Of a stretch of 64,000 nt of DNA, positions 13,301-25,510 are shown piece after piece (the first letter of the stretch is position 1; the number at the start of each line of letters is the position of its first letter). The stretch lies in assembly GCA_973895155.1 (NCBI GenBank), contig OZ316895.1, positions 3,273,659-3,337,658 of the forward strand, in the 5' to 3' direction. The notes under the pieces are model-generated. The model was given only the letters and a program-made list of their open reading frames with translations, ran no database searches and was not told the DNA's origin. The translations under genes were made by a program, and so were the position numbers. The DNA comes from Marsupella aquatica. Its lineage: Eukaryota; Plantae; Marchantiophyta.

Positions 13301-15174
13301 CTCATCGTTCCAAAGCGGTTCTTGAGTACATACATAGTGACATGTGGGGTCCATCCCCAACTTCCTCACACTCTGGAAAGTTGTACTATGTATCATTTAT
13401 TGACGATTACTCAAGATTTGTGTGGATTTATTTCATGACGCATAAGTCTGATGTCTTGTCCATTTTTAAGAAGTGGAAGGCCCAGGTGGAGAATCAGACT
13501 GGAAACACGGTCAAGTGTTTGGATACAAGGGTGAAGAGTCTGAGGTCAGACAACGACGACGAGTACACTTCAGTGGAATTTGAAGAGTACTGTTCAGAAC
13601 AAGGGATAACTTGCCATCTCACCACAGTTTATACTCCGCAACAGAATGGTGTCGTTGAGAGGCTCAATCAGACACTATTGGAGCGGTCACGGAGTATGTT
13701 GAGCCAATCAGGTTCACCACAGGAATTTTGGGCAAAAGCTGTCAATACCGCAACTTATTTGGTAAATCTTTCTCCTTCTAGTGCTATCAATTTCAAAACG
13801 TCGTTTGAGATGCTCTATAAGCGACAAACAGACTATCATGGCTTGGTAGTTTTTGGAAGTGATGCATATGCTCTCACACCGAAGTAGAATAGGACCAAGT
13901 TGGATCCTACCTCCAAGAAATGTATTTTTCTTGGGTACCAGAGTGGTGTGAAAGCCTATAGGCTATGGGATCCTATCGCTTGTAAGCTCGTTGTCAGTAG
14001 GGATGTTTCCTTCAATGAATCCAGATTATTGAAGGAGGGGGAGAATACTCAGATCTCCCGTACTGACAAAGGAAAATCTCATATCCCGGATCTCGTTGAG
14101 GAAGAGATTGATCATGAAGTGCATGATCAGAGAGAAGGAGGTGCTCCAAGTATGGAGCTGGTTCCTGTGCCAAAGGAACAAGAGGAGTTTGTTGATGCTG
14201 GTGAGCAGCAAGTGGATGTTGCTGAGCTTCAAATTGTACTAGTAGACGCAATTCAACTGGAGTCATCGGCTAGAAGAACATTTGGTCGCACTGTACGCGC
14301 TCCTCCTAGGTATGGACAGTGGGTTGATTCATCTCAACTGCAAGAGGACAATTTTGCAGCTGATGATGAGGGTGATGCGTTAATTTTGGAAGAAGGGGAA
14401 CTGTGGTGCGTCCCATGGCTCCCTAAACCCCAGAAACCCCCCTTCACAAGCCGATTCCCGCAGGTTTTGCGCTTGGCGAGGCCGTTTTCGCGGCTTAATG
14501 GCATGGGACGCTGCTAACCTCTACTACTACTATTAACATTTTACACACATATACTGGACAGATCCTTCATCGGGTCATGAGATACGTACCCGGCCTAATC
14601 TAGGCCTTCCCTTGTCTTCCCCTCCTTCTTGTTAGGTATATTTGGATTCCGCCGCCGGAATGATCCCCAATAGGCTTGGTTAAGCCGCTAAGACCTCTCT
14701 CAGCTCGACACATCCAACTCTCACTCCCTTGCTTACTTTCCTTCATCTATTAGTTGATGTGGGCACTCTTCACACAAGTTAATGCGACACACAAATAGCA
14801 AAATGACTCCTTCTGACTGAGTCATACCATGCACTTGCCATACAAACAGTACATCTCATACACAAGCTCTGCGAACTAAGCCGTGAGGCCAACTCTATTC
14901 AGCTCTTAGGCATGAGGAAACATGAATATACACAAGGGTCATTGTATGACTAACGGAGAGCTTCTCTTACTACTTGATCCTAGCCCGGCTGGTGCAACTA
15001 AAAACTTGCTAAAGAAGAGGCCCTGAGCTCCCCGCTGCCCAGGTACTTATCCTAGTAGTGGATCCGCCTAATTCTTTGCAGCGTAAGCCTAATCTACCTA
15101 ACTGAATCTACCTATGTACAGCGAGGCAGGAGTACAAGTGTTGCTCTTACCAGTGGAACCACAATCCCACTAAG

Positions 15175-18100
15175 CTAAGTGTCAGGGCCGCCTCCTGGTC
15201 CTGATCCTAATCCTAAACTTAGAGATCTGAGCCCGCCCTGCCCATTCACGCCTCCTCCCTCCACATCCGCCCTCCTGAAAGGCGCGGCCCTCCACCACCG
15301 TCATGGCAGCGGTGTCTGTTCCTCAGTGGACGCCCCCAACGCTTCCTCCTCAGCCACTGCCGTAGGTTTGTTCTCTGACAGATTACCTGCCCTTGACTGA
15401 GTCAACTCTTCATCGGCCTGATTGGGTCCACCCCCGGCATCGGCTTCAACATCAGCCTCGGCTACGGCCTCAGCCTCGGCTACGGCCTCAGCCTCGGCTA
15501 CGGCCTCAGCCTCGGCTACGGCCTCAGCCTCGGCTACAGCCTCCCCTACACACTCAAGTGGCGGATTGGGTACCTCGGCTTCATTACCGAGTGTCGTGGC
15601 CTCGGCTTTGTCATCCCCTTCTTCTAGGGTAGTTGGATCCTCTACCGTAATCCTGCCCGAGGTCGGTGCTGGGTTTACCTCCATGGTCACCACGGCCTGT
15701 GGAGCCGTATTACTCCTTGACCCTGAAGGTTTCCGTTTCTTCTTCTTTTTTGGTTCGGCAGCTGGCCCCTTCCCCTTCTCACTTACTTCCGGCACTGGTG
15801 CAAATGGCGCGGTTTGTCCTTCGGCCAGTACCACTCCTGGTAACTTAGTGGCCTCAATTTGAGTTGGCCCTGTTGAAGCCAAGCACTTAAATACTGCGGC
15901 TTGTTTCTTCAGCCGCTCCGTTTGGTTGTCGGCTTGTCGTTGTAAGTTCTCTAGCTTCCGCGTGCTTTCCTCCAACTCTTCCTGCACTTCGTCCAGGTCC
16001 TTGCGCGCCTCCTCCAGCTCCTTCTGGGCTTCCTCCAATTCCTTTTTAAACGCAGTACGTTCTCTCCTCCCGGGTTGCTCTTAACTCCTTGTCGAGCTCT
16101 GCAATGATGACAGACTCCATCTGGTTCATCTTGGCGTAAGTCTGATCGAGCACATTGTCCTTCTCACACAGGTCGGCTTTGAAGCTGGCCGTCAGGGACG
16201 CAAGCTCCTGCTGCAGCGCAATAATCCCTTGATAGGATTTCCCTAACTCGACCTCCTTCTTCTCAAGGGCTCCGCGGATAACCTCGAGCTCCCCCTTCAA
16301 TGCCCTTTCCCTTCTCTGGGTCTCCGCCATGGCCCGGTTGTTGGCTGTTATGTGGGCCTCCTCTGCATCCCTCAGCTCTCGCTTCCACTTCTCCCGCTCC
16401 TTGATCGCATCGGCCAACTCTCCTTGGGTTCGAGTCAGTTTATTCTCGATAATCCGATTATCAGACTGTGCGGTATCCAATTGGCCCTGCATGATATTTA
16501 GCTCATGCCGCTTAATCCGCAGCTCATCTTGGGCTTTCTTGGCCGCCCTCAGGTCTTTGATTTTGGCTTCCCTTGCCCTAAGACGATGGATGACCTCGTC
16601 CTTTTTGCTTCTTTCCAAAGCCATCGCTTCTTCTAATTGGCGCTTCTCCAACATCTCCCTCTGAAAAAAGGGTCCTTGCTCCAACTCCTCCCCAAAGATG
16701 CTGAGCGCCAGCTCTCCACACATTTCCCCGTACTCCATGGCTCTATCCTTAGCATAGGTGGAGTAACTAGAAGTCATCGGCATCAACCACCGCGGCCTCT
16801 GCTCCCAAGCCGTCTTGCGGATTTCTTCTACGGTGGCAAGAGGGTTGCTTTGTTTTTCTGCAAGCCGCCTGATGTCCTCTGGCCATTCTCCTCCTGGTAA
16901 ATCATTTTCCCTAGCCAGGGCTGCCTCCTCTTCCTCCCTGATTCGCTCCTGAAATTCCTGCGCCGTCTGTTTTATGCCGTCAAAGCTCGGGGGAGCGACA
17001 TCTGGTGGGGGAGACTCGGGGCTGCTCTGCTGGCTTGGGTTTAGGGTAGTTCGGGGCTGCTTTGCTGGCTCCCCACTCTAAACCGGCCACAGGTCCTTAC
17101 TCCTGGAACATGATGATCCGACCCGTAGCCGGAGTCATCATTGCTGTAGTCCTCTACCGCCTCCTCGGCTTGGACTACCGGCTTCTCCCGCTGTTCTCCT
17201 GGTTTTGTCGTGAACACGGCTTCACCTCTCACCGGTCTTGGTTCCTCCTCCGGCTTCCGTGTTGATCTCTTGTTCTCCTTGTCGTGGCCGGGAGCTACGG
17301 CCTGCTTTTCCTCGGCTTCGGGACTTGAGGCTCCTACATACCTCCGGACTCCCGGCTCGTGTTCCGGCCTCCCTCTCTCCTTGACCCCAGTAAAGGGGTT
17401 TTCCCTTGTAAGCCGGCTTAGGCCTACCTCTGGAGCAGTGTCTTGCATTGGTGCCGTTGTCGTTGCCGTTCTCTTTTCCTTCTCCAGCAATTTTAGCAGA
17501 TTCTGCATGCCTGGTTGCTGCATCGGCAAGTCCCCCGTCCTTGGCCTAAACACCTGCTCGATTGTAGGACTGTCGGGCGGGTTGGGTTTCTTCATTGCCG
17601 GCCTCTGTTTCGGAACGTCCTCTGGTGCCCTTGCCTGTAGGGGAAGTACCGGGGCAAAGGTCTTACTTCGGGCATACCGGCATAGTAGCGGTACGTGATA
17701 GCCAAGCCGGGATACGCTTCCCTTGCCGATCACCAGTTGTTCCTCCTTCAAGATCTTGTTTAGTTGAGTGAGGAGGTAACCATTGTAGTCCCGGCTTGGG
17801 TCTGGCCTCTCTGCCAGATAGACCTGTGCCTTGCCTATCTCTGGTCTCGGCCAGTTGCAATGCATGGTCACCCGCAAGAAATCGATCATCTCTCCTATAT
17901 GCGGGTTGGTGCAGGTGTTCCAGAAGAAGCCATTCTTTGTTGATGGTCCTGGGAACGACCGAAACTCCTTGTCAGGTAAGGTCTTCCTGGTATCAACCTT
18001 GGTCTTATTACCCATCGGCAAGCCAAACACTTCAGCAATCACCTAGGGAGTGAGATAGAAATCCTTCCCATACACCCTTGTGGAATTGGTCTCGGACTCC

Positions 18101-19071
18101 CACGATCCCACGAATTCTAGTAAGTCTGAATCTGGCACCTCCGACTTCAGCCACGGTAACCTTACGAAGGCTTCCAAGCCGGATCCGGCCATGAAGCCCT
18201 GGTATTTCCGAGTCTGCATAGCCGTAAAGCATGTATCCTCCTCCTGTGCAAAGTATAATTGCACTTCCTCGGGGAGAATCGCCGCCCAACCTTTCCAGGT
18301 GTCATCTCTTGTTGGAATGGCGTTGATGGGGTCGACCTCCTCCTCCTCGGCTTCTCTTTGCCTCATGCTTTGTTGTTCTGCTGGCTTCTTTGGTGCCGCC
18401 GACCTCGTTCTTTTTGCCAGGGTGGCCTCTTTGTTGTTGTTCCCCTTCCTCTTCATCTCGGCTGTCGTGGATGTCTCTCCTAGCACGGTTGCCTTTGTCC
18501 ACCCCTCCATGCTACCCTTCAACTCCCAGTGTATGTCGTTGCAGCGTTTGATGGCTTCTCGGATGCCGACGACTCTGTCTTCGCAAAACAGCAGGTCGTC
18601 TAGCTCGTTGCCAGTAGGCGTCCACAGGAATTCAGCCTTGATGAGTTCTCCTCCTAAGAAGGCAGCTTTCTGCAGCTCCCACAATCGGGCGAGCTCCTGC
18701 CGTTCTCGAGCTGCTCTCTCTGATTCTTCGTCCTCGTAAGTCCCAATGTACTCAGTTGCCCGTTCGAATAGGCATCCCCAAAAATGTGTCGCTTGATTGA
18801 CGTTGCTCATACCCTTCTCGAGTTGATAGTCGGTATCTGTTCCCACCCTGAGCGCTTGCCTAAGCAGTTGACAGTAGTTGGCCGCCCGTAGTCGCCTGCT
18901 CAGTTTGTGCTTGCAAATGAGCTACTATTCCTCGCGAGCGGTCCTTACCCCTCTCCTCCTCTGGTTCTCCCTCCCGTTGGTTACCCCTAGCCGCCGGCAC
19001 TTAGCATGCCCTAACCCTAATCATGTTCTCTCCCCTGACATCCTTACTTCCGGTCTCAGCTCAAGTTCCAT
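15175..19071 (-). pseudogene. Degenerate ~1,300-codon ORF inside the insertion (globular domain, low-complexity linker, long coiled coil, acidic repeat tail)
   Basis: Co-oriented ORF pieces 18043-18846, 17041-18042, 16046-16786 and 15301-16038. In-frame ATG at 19071, read through TGA/TAG stops. A few frameshifts near 17040, 16790 and 16040. Heptad-rich E/K/L segment at about 15900-16700. The 3' end is either 15301 or 15175. Confidence 0.7.
15453..15541 (-). repeat. 18-bp coding tandem repeat (AEAEAV)n
   Basis: GCCTCGGCTACGGCCTCA repeated about 5 times, in frame with the long ORF. Confidence 0.9.
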
Positions 19072-20873
19072 AGTCACCCTTAATTGTTTATATTTTCCTT
19101 ATTTATGTAACTATACTAAGGTGTTTCTAGGGTACACTTCCCTTTTCCCCTTAAACTAGCCCAGTGATTCCTGGTTAGGCATCACAGGAACCTTCTTCAT
19201 TTGATGAGGCAAGTGCTTCAAAGGAGAAGCAGAAGTGGACTGCAGCAATGCAAACGGAGATGCAGTCACTGAAGGACAACAAAACTTGGGAGTTTGTTAA
19301 GCTGCCTAAGGGTCAGCAAGTGGTGGACAGCAAGTGGATTTACAAGCTGAAGGATAATTCTGTAGGAGGTGGATCGAAGGAGGCTAGGTTGGTAGCAAAG
19401 GGATTCACATAAGAGAAAAGTGTGGATTACAATGAGGTCTTCTCACCAGTTGCTAAGTACTCTACAATACGGCTATTGTGCGTGCTTGTTGTAATGTTTG
19501 GTCTGCTACTAGATCAGATGGATGTTGTCATAACTTTTCTCTATGGCACCTTGGAAGAGGTGATCTTCATGAGACAGCCGCTAGGTTTTGTGAAGAGAGG
19601 ACAGGAGGAATTGGTTTGCAAATTGCTGAAATCCTTGTATGGGTTGAAACAATTACCAAGACAATGGAACAAGCGGTTTGACGATTGGATTCGGTCACAA
19701 GGTTTTCACAGGAGTGTGCTTGACCCTTGTGTATATTTGAAACCGGTGAAGAATGTTATCTTTGGGTTCATTGTTTTAGTACTTTATGTGGATGACATGC
19801 TTATTGTAGCCAAGGATAGGTCTGAGATTGTTAAGCTTAAGGCACTGCTAAGTGCAGAGTTTAAGATGAAGGACCTAGGACCAGCTAAGAAGATTTTGGG
19901 TATGGAGATCACTAGGGACTTGGAGGCTGGTAAGCTATGGTTGACACAAAGCAGTTATGCGAGGAAGGTAATTGCTAGGTTCAACATGGGGGATAGCAAG
20001 CCAGTAAGTACCCCTTTGGCTGCACACTTCAAATTGTCATCAGCTTTTTGTCCCACAGATGCTACAGAGAAGGGGCTGATGTCAAAAGTTCCTTATGATA
20101 AGGTAGTGGGAAGTCTCATGTATTTGATGACTTGCACTAGACCTGATCTTGCCATGGCTATGGGCAAGGTGAGCAGGTACATGTCAAATCCAGGGAAGGT
20201 ACACTGGGAAGCAGTGAAGTGGATTATCAGGTACTTGAAGGGTACCGTGGATCATGGTCTTTTATTTGATGCAAATGCAAAGAATGCGAGATCATTGATT
20301 GGCTATGTAGATTCTGACTATGGACAAGATCTGGACCGAAGGAGATCAACAACAGGGTACGTGTTCACACTTGGCGGTGGATGCATAAGTTGGAGGTCTA
20401 CTTTGTAGAAGTGTATTGCTCAGTCTACTACAAAAGTGGAGTATGTTGCAGCAACGGAAGCAACGAAGGAAGCAATTTGGTTGGATAGACTTATCACTGA
20501 AATGAGATTGCCACAGGGGAATGTGAAGCTCCATTGTGATAGTCAAAGTGCGCTCCACCTTGCTGTGAACCAGGTGATGGAGAGTAGAGTGAAGCACATA
20601 GATGTCAGGTACCATTTTATCAGGCAGACTGTGTCTGATAATTTGTTTGAGCTAGTCAAGATAGACGGTAAACTCAACCCAGCTGACGCATTTACCAAAG
20701 TGATTCATTTGGAAAGTTTCTCTAGACATCGTGACGTGCTGTAGGTTTTGCAATTGCGTCACAAGTAAGGGTTTTTCTTAACATTCGCTGTAATTACTGA
20801 TATATGCTCTTCTTCACTCCTAGTAATAGGCTACGGCTTAGTTTTGGTTTGCTCTATTAGAGAGGGGAAACCA

Positions 20874-20975
20874 TGTTGGTTTTTGTCCAGAACTTCCCGC
20901 TGAGGAATCATATAGTTAGCAGTATTACCCTCCCCTAGACCAGAGTAACCATAGACCTTGAGTAAATACCTAACA
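20874..20975 (-). repeat. 102-bp inverted mini-LTR-like unit with minus-strand PPT
   Basis: Its reverse complement starts TGTTAGGTATTTACTCAAGGTCTATGGTTAC (30/31 identical to 9998-10028) and ends CCAACA. On the minus strand it is preceded by PPT-like GGAGTCAAGGGGGAGAT (20976-20992). Confidence 0.65.
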
Positions 20976-21080
20976 ATCTCCCCCTTGACTCCAATCTCAA
21001 AATCCTAAAATCCAGATAGCCTAACCTGAAATCCAAATAGCCTTAGAGTGAGTGGGTTGGACCTGAATTTTTTAATTTTC

Positions 21081-21500
21081 TTTACTTGGGTTTGGTCACA
21101 CCCGGTTAGAGTAACTAAACCCAGTTGGGTTAAAATCCAGATAGCATTAGAGTGAGTGAGTTGGACCTGACTTTTATTTGTTTACTTGGGTTTGGTCAGA
21201 CCGAGTTAGAGTAACAAAACCCAGTTGGGTTGGAGGTGCCTTGATTTTCTGTACTCGGGTTTGGTCAGACCGAGTTAGAGTAACAACACCCAGTTGAGTC
21301 GGAGATGCTCTGATTTTCTTTACTCGAATTTGGTCACACCCAGTTAGAGTAACCAAACCCAGTTGGGTGAGAGATGCTCTGTTTATCTTTACTTGGGTTT
21401 GGTCAGACCGAGTTAGAGTAACAAAACCCAGCTGGGTTAGAGATGCTCTAAGTGCAGTTAGTAACAAAACCCAGTTGGGTTAGAGATGCTCTAAGTGCAG
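21081..21500. repeat. ~69-bp tandem array, about 5-6 copies
   Basis: Unit TTTACTTGGGTTTGGTCAGACCGAGTTAGAGTAACAAAACCCAGTTGGGT... starting near 21081, 21181, 21250, 21320 and 21388. Confidence 0.9.
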
Positions 21501-21604
21501 GAGCCATGCTGAGTAACTGGACTCCGTATAGTGCGGTAGGGAAGGGATAGAGAAATAGGTTAATGTGACGGACCTGTTCGAAGGAGCGAACGAACCCTTA
21601 CGAG

Positions 21605-21612
21605 TAGGGTTT
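21605..21612 (-). promoter_or_regulatory. Telo-box (AAACCCTA) upstream of RPL17
   Basis: TAGGGTTT about 90 bp upstream of the ATG; telo-boxes are typical of plant ribosomal-protein promoters. Confidence 0.55.
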
Positions 21613-21700
21613 ACGACATTCGTTGCTCTTTCCCTCGGCGTCATTGGAAGCTCGCCCCCATTGCACGCGGAGCGTTGCTGCACTCCGAGCAACAACAGCC

Positions 21701-23616
21701 ATGGTAATCGCCGTTCTTGCATCGAGTTTGTCAGCTTCGTGTCATTCTTGATATCAATCGAAAGTCCGCGATCGGTGATTATGAAAATGAGCTCTGATTC
21801 GGTAGATTTGTGTGAGTTTTAGGGCCGGAAGTGTGCATTGAACGATTGAAGTATGACTTCGTGAATGGGTCAAGCTGGGCATCTGTTGAAGTCTTTGGTG
21901 CAATTTATACGGTTTAGGTCATCGGGCTTGGAAACTAAGTTTACGAACCTGGATTTGATTTTCCTCTGTGTAGGTGAAGTACGCTCGTGAACCCGACAAT
22001 CCAACCAAGTGTGAGTACTTTTATGAGTTGGCTTGTTCTTGCGAGATCGGCCTGAAAGTGTGTCCTTTTGTTTAGAGACTGGTCTCAGCTTTTGGCGGAG
22101 GATATGTTCGTCAGTACCTCGTCCCTTTCGTAGTTGTCGTTCTCCTTTATCATTTTTGTTGAGTACCCTTGCCTTCCATGCAGTAGTGTATGTGTAGGTG
22201 CCTTGCTCATATCGCTGACTTAGATCGTGAATCGTGCTCGAGCTGTTCCATTTTCTTTTCCTGAAAGTTTCTGTAATATTGTCATGCAGCGTGCAAGGCA
22301 CGTGGTTCGGATTTGCGTGTTCACTTCAAGGTGAGTTTCGGGCACATCTTTCTTTCTCTTAGCTACCGAAATGCTAGTTGCGGTATGTGCGGAATCAGTC
22401 ATAGAGTGTGTTAGTTTCGATCCTCCGATGCCACGTCGAACAAACCCTAGCAATTGTGACTACTACCAATAAATGATTGGGAAGATTTTGTAAACCTTTG
22501 TCACTTAGTTTCAGGCTTTCCGGTTGCTTGAACTTAGTTCTTACGGTGTTTTGCTGTGGGTCACGTTTTCTAGAACACTCGCGAAACAGCACAGGCCATT
22601 AAGAAGTTGGAGCTGGTGAAAGCCAAGAGGTATTTGGAAGATGTTCTGGCTCACAAGCAGGCCATCCCTTTTCGCCGGTTCTGTGGTGGGGTTGGACGGA
22701 CTGCTCAGGCAAAGTCTCGTCACTCCAATGGGCAGGGACGTTGGCCTGTTAAGTCAGCGACGTTCTTGTTGGGTCTTCTCAAGAATGCCGAAAGCAATGC
22801 CGAGGTATCTTCATAATATTACATGTGTTCATGCGACATATTTCTCCTTTCTCCTTCATTATATGAGTGCTCGGAAACCAAATTGCAATACTTCATCAAA
22901 GGTGGCACGCTTGGAAGTATGAATGCTTTGTTGCAATTCCTTGTTCCCTTGAAGATTTCGATGGGATTGAACCCGCAGGTGAAGGGTTTGGATGTGGATA
23001 CGCTCATCATATCTCACATTCAGGTGAACAAGGCCCAACAACAGCGAAGACGTACATACCGGGCTCACGGCCGCATTAACCGTGCGTGTTCCATCACATA
23101 ATCCATTGCTTTTTTTCAAATTTGTGACAACATCTTAAGCAGTTGATATCATGTGACGGGGTCGAACGTTGTCCTCGTAATTCTGTAACCAGGCAGGAAG
23201 CTTTCAAATCTGCTGGGGCGCCCTCTGTACAAGCTTTGGCACTGTAGTTCTCCTTTGCGAGTGTCTGTTGTATCTTATCTTTTGCTTGTTGCGTCATGTG
23301 TAGCCTACATGTCTTCTCCTTGCCACATTGAATTAACACTGTCAGAAAAGGAGGTACCTGTAGCGAAAGAGGTATGCCTTTTTCTCTGCTCTTCTTGTGA
23401 AGCACTTTGCTGGAACTCCAGATAGAATTCAATTGTCGTTTCTTTGATCCTTCGTTCAGCCTAGTGGTTACCTGCTTGTCGAAGTTGTTTCAGTTCCTCG
23501 AACTTAGTTGTTGCGATTGTTCCGTTCACTCTATCTATATGTAGGTCGATGCCGAAGTTGCGCCCAGGAGGCCTAGGAAAGCCCAAGCGCGCTTGAAAAG
23601 TGGCACATCTTCATAG
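21701..23616 (+). CDS. RPL17: 60S ribosomal protein L17 (uL22), 7 coding exons
   Basis: Exons 21701-21703 (ATG only), 21974-22010, 22290-22330, 22574-22804, 22979-23081, 23304-23371, 23545-23616. Translation [36 protein letters not shown]...GRWPVKS...[23 protein letters not shown]. Confidence 0.96.
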
Positions 23617-25510
23617 ATCTCTTTCAGAAACTTGTGGGATTTGTTTCAGACCAATGGTAGTTTTGGACGTTATACCCTTGTCATTTCTGGGCTTTCCCCG
23701 AGATTTTGTGAAGCGTCAAGGTCTTGTCATATGTGAGTTGTGGCTACAATTACAATTCTTCAACGGGAAATCAGTTATTTTGGAAGAAGATTGTTTTGTG
23801 AATCTCGAATTGAAGTACAGCTGGACGTTCTTCCTGCTTGTGAGGCAGCTCTGTGAAATATGTTTTACTTGATTGCAAAAGGTGGCAGCGCTGTTCATTG
23901 TTCTTAGGTTCCTAGGTTCAGGCCTGGACACTGTCATTCTTGGAACGTGATGGCTGGCTTGGTGCTCATATATGGTAAATTGAAACACTGTATAGTTCTA
24001 GGCAACGATCCAGTCGATGACTATCTGTGAGACCTACTTGAGGTAGGTGTAAGCTTATGCATATAAGGATTTGCTCTTTTCACGAATGATATATAAGGAA
24101 TGATCATTGCAGCTACAGCATTGCAGCACGCGTCCTTCCCAGCATGTTGATAGGTGTTTAGATGCAATCCTTTCCGTTCCCATTCACAACACTGCGTAAG
24201 GAACTGCGGAAAGGCAGATTTAGAACCTTTCACACTAGCTCGTCGGAAGCACACTTGTCTGCACCTCTCGTCTCAGTATTGCGAGTAAGAACCTCACAGT
24301 GCTTCTGGGAGGAAAGACTTATCTGGAAGAGGCGACTTAACTCATGAATGTTACCCAAGCGAATTTCGGCTTGTCTCACATAAAGTGACTCTAAGTACCT
24401 ACGGCTTACAGCAATTTGTGAAGGAGATTTTCTACCATCTAACTGTCACGTAAACTCTACGTTGCTTTGACGAGAACTTCAGACGCCATGTCTGACTCTC
24501 GTCAAAGAAGCATGGCCCAAGTCTATTTTGAGCTCTCGTTGAATGAGCAAGGCAGTGAGTGCACGAGTCTCGGCTTGGTGGAAGGAGCAAGGCAGCAAAG
24601 CTCTCTGATCGACGAAGCAATGTGTTAAAAGATCCGGAATTGAGCAATGCAAGGAGGGCACAAGTCCCAGCTCTCTATCGAAGCAGCTTAGCTTTGATCA
24701 AACATCGAAGCAGCAAAAAGTCGACAGGTCTTTTGCCACAGCGTACGTCAAAGCGGACTCCCAAAGCTAAAGTACTTACAACCCTGTCGCCAGAGTGTAC
24801 CTCGGGCCGACTGCCAAAACTAAAGTAATTGCAAACCCGTAGGGAAGTCAATTATCCCAAACCTCCACTTTTTCCCTTCAAGGAAGGTACCGAACAGTGT
24901 TAAGCAACCTCTCGTTTAGGTCCTTTGTAATTTCGGGGGAGTAGTTAAGTAATCTCCTCGTTTTACTTTGTAGTCTCTTGGGAGGTCCTGGGAATTTGTA
25001 CCGCAACTGCCCCTTTAAAGAGCCAAGGGGTTTTGGGGTACAGGTTTAAGAATGCCTGCCTTGATTTACACAAGTTTGGTGAGTGCTCCGTTTTTTTGGC
25101 ATGTACTCTCCATACTGTTCACCACAAGGCCTTTTTTTGACAAGTGCTCTACAATCTCCACACACTGTTCACCACAAAACAGGAATGAAGAGTAGTGAGG
25201 TAGGGAGTTGTTCACCACAAAACAGAAACGAGGAGTGGTAAAGTAGGGAATGGGTTTTATATGGGCAGGACACTTCTCCTATTTTATCTTAGTAGAAGAG
25301 TTGGTAAAGTATTTATATACATATGGTCTAGTGTATGCTTTCATTTTGTATTAATTTGAATTTAGGTATTTTTCCTACCCCCCAAATTTGTCAAGACCTT
25401 AGTATTTACTAGATATGTTAGAAATATATATATATTTTTTATATACTAAATTTTTAATTTTGTTTTAATAATTTTGTTTTTCTAATTTTTTCATGATTAG
25501 ATGGCAAGGA

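Larger units (their letters stand above)
14402..19186. mobile_element. 4,785-bp TG...CA insertion with 5-bp TSD; probable giant solo LTR carrying a long ORF
   Basis: Termini TGTGGTGC...GCATCACA (8-bp imperfect inverted repeat), TSD GGAAC at 14397-14401 and 19187-19191. Removing it restores the pol frame (ILEEGEPSSFDEASAS). No internal direct terminal repeats and no gag/pol motifs seen. Confidence 0.85.
9998..20744 (+). mobile_element. Ty1/copia LTR retrotransposon (element B), degenerate gag-pol, interrupted at 14402-19186, no direct 3' LTR
   Basis: 5' LTR 9998-10340, tRNA-Met PBS, ~1.4-kb leader, gag from ATG 11737 with zinc knuckle CRKCLKVGHVKRDC, protease WILDCACSFH (about 12760), integrase (YVSFIDDYSRFVW..YTPQQNGVVERLN), RT (LYVDDML) and RNase H (HCDSQSALHL..NPADAFTK). 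Stops and frameshifts present. Confidence 0.93.

Noticed and set aside
15422-18739. Plus-strand ORFs (15422-15862, 17210-17698, 18080-18739) as genes
   Set aside because: Ser/Ala/Phe-rich antisense shadows of the charged minus-strand ORF.
9998-20975. An 11-kb DNA transposon bounded by 31-bp terminal inverted repeats
   Set aside because: No TSD (CAACG vs ATCTC). The left repeat is an LTR start and the right one is preceded by a PPT, so both are retroelement ends.
21704-23544. Intronic snoRNAs in RPL17
   Set aside because: No convincing C/D box pair with terminal stem or H/ACA structure by eye; a cmscan run would be needed.
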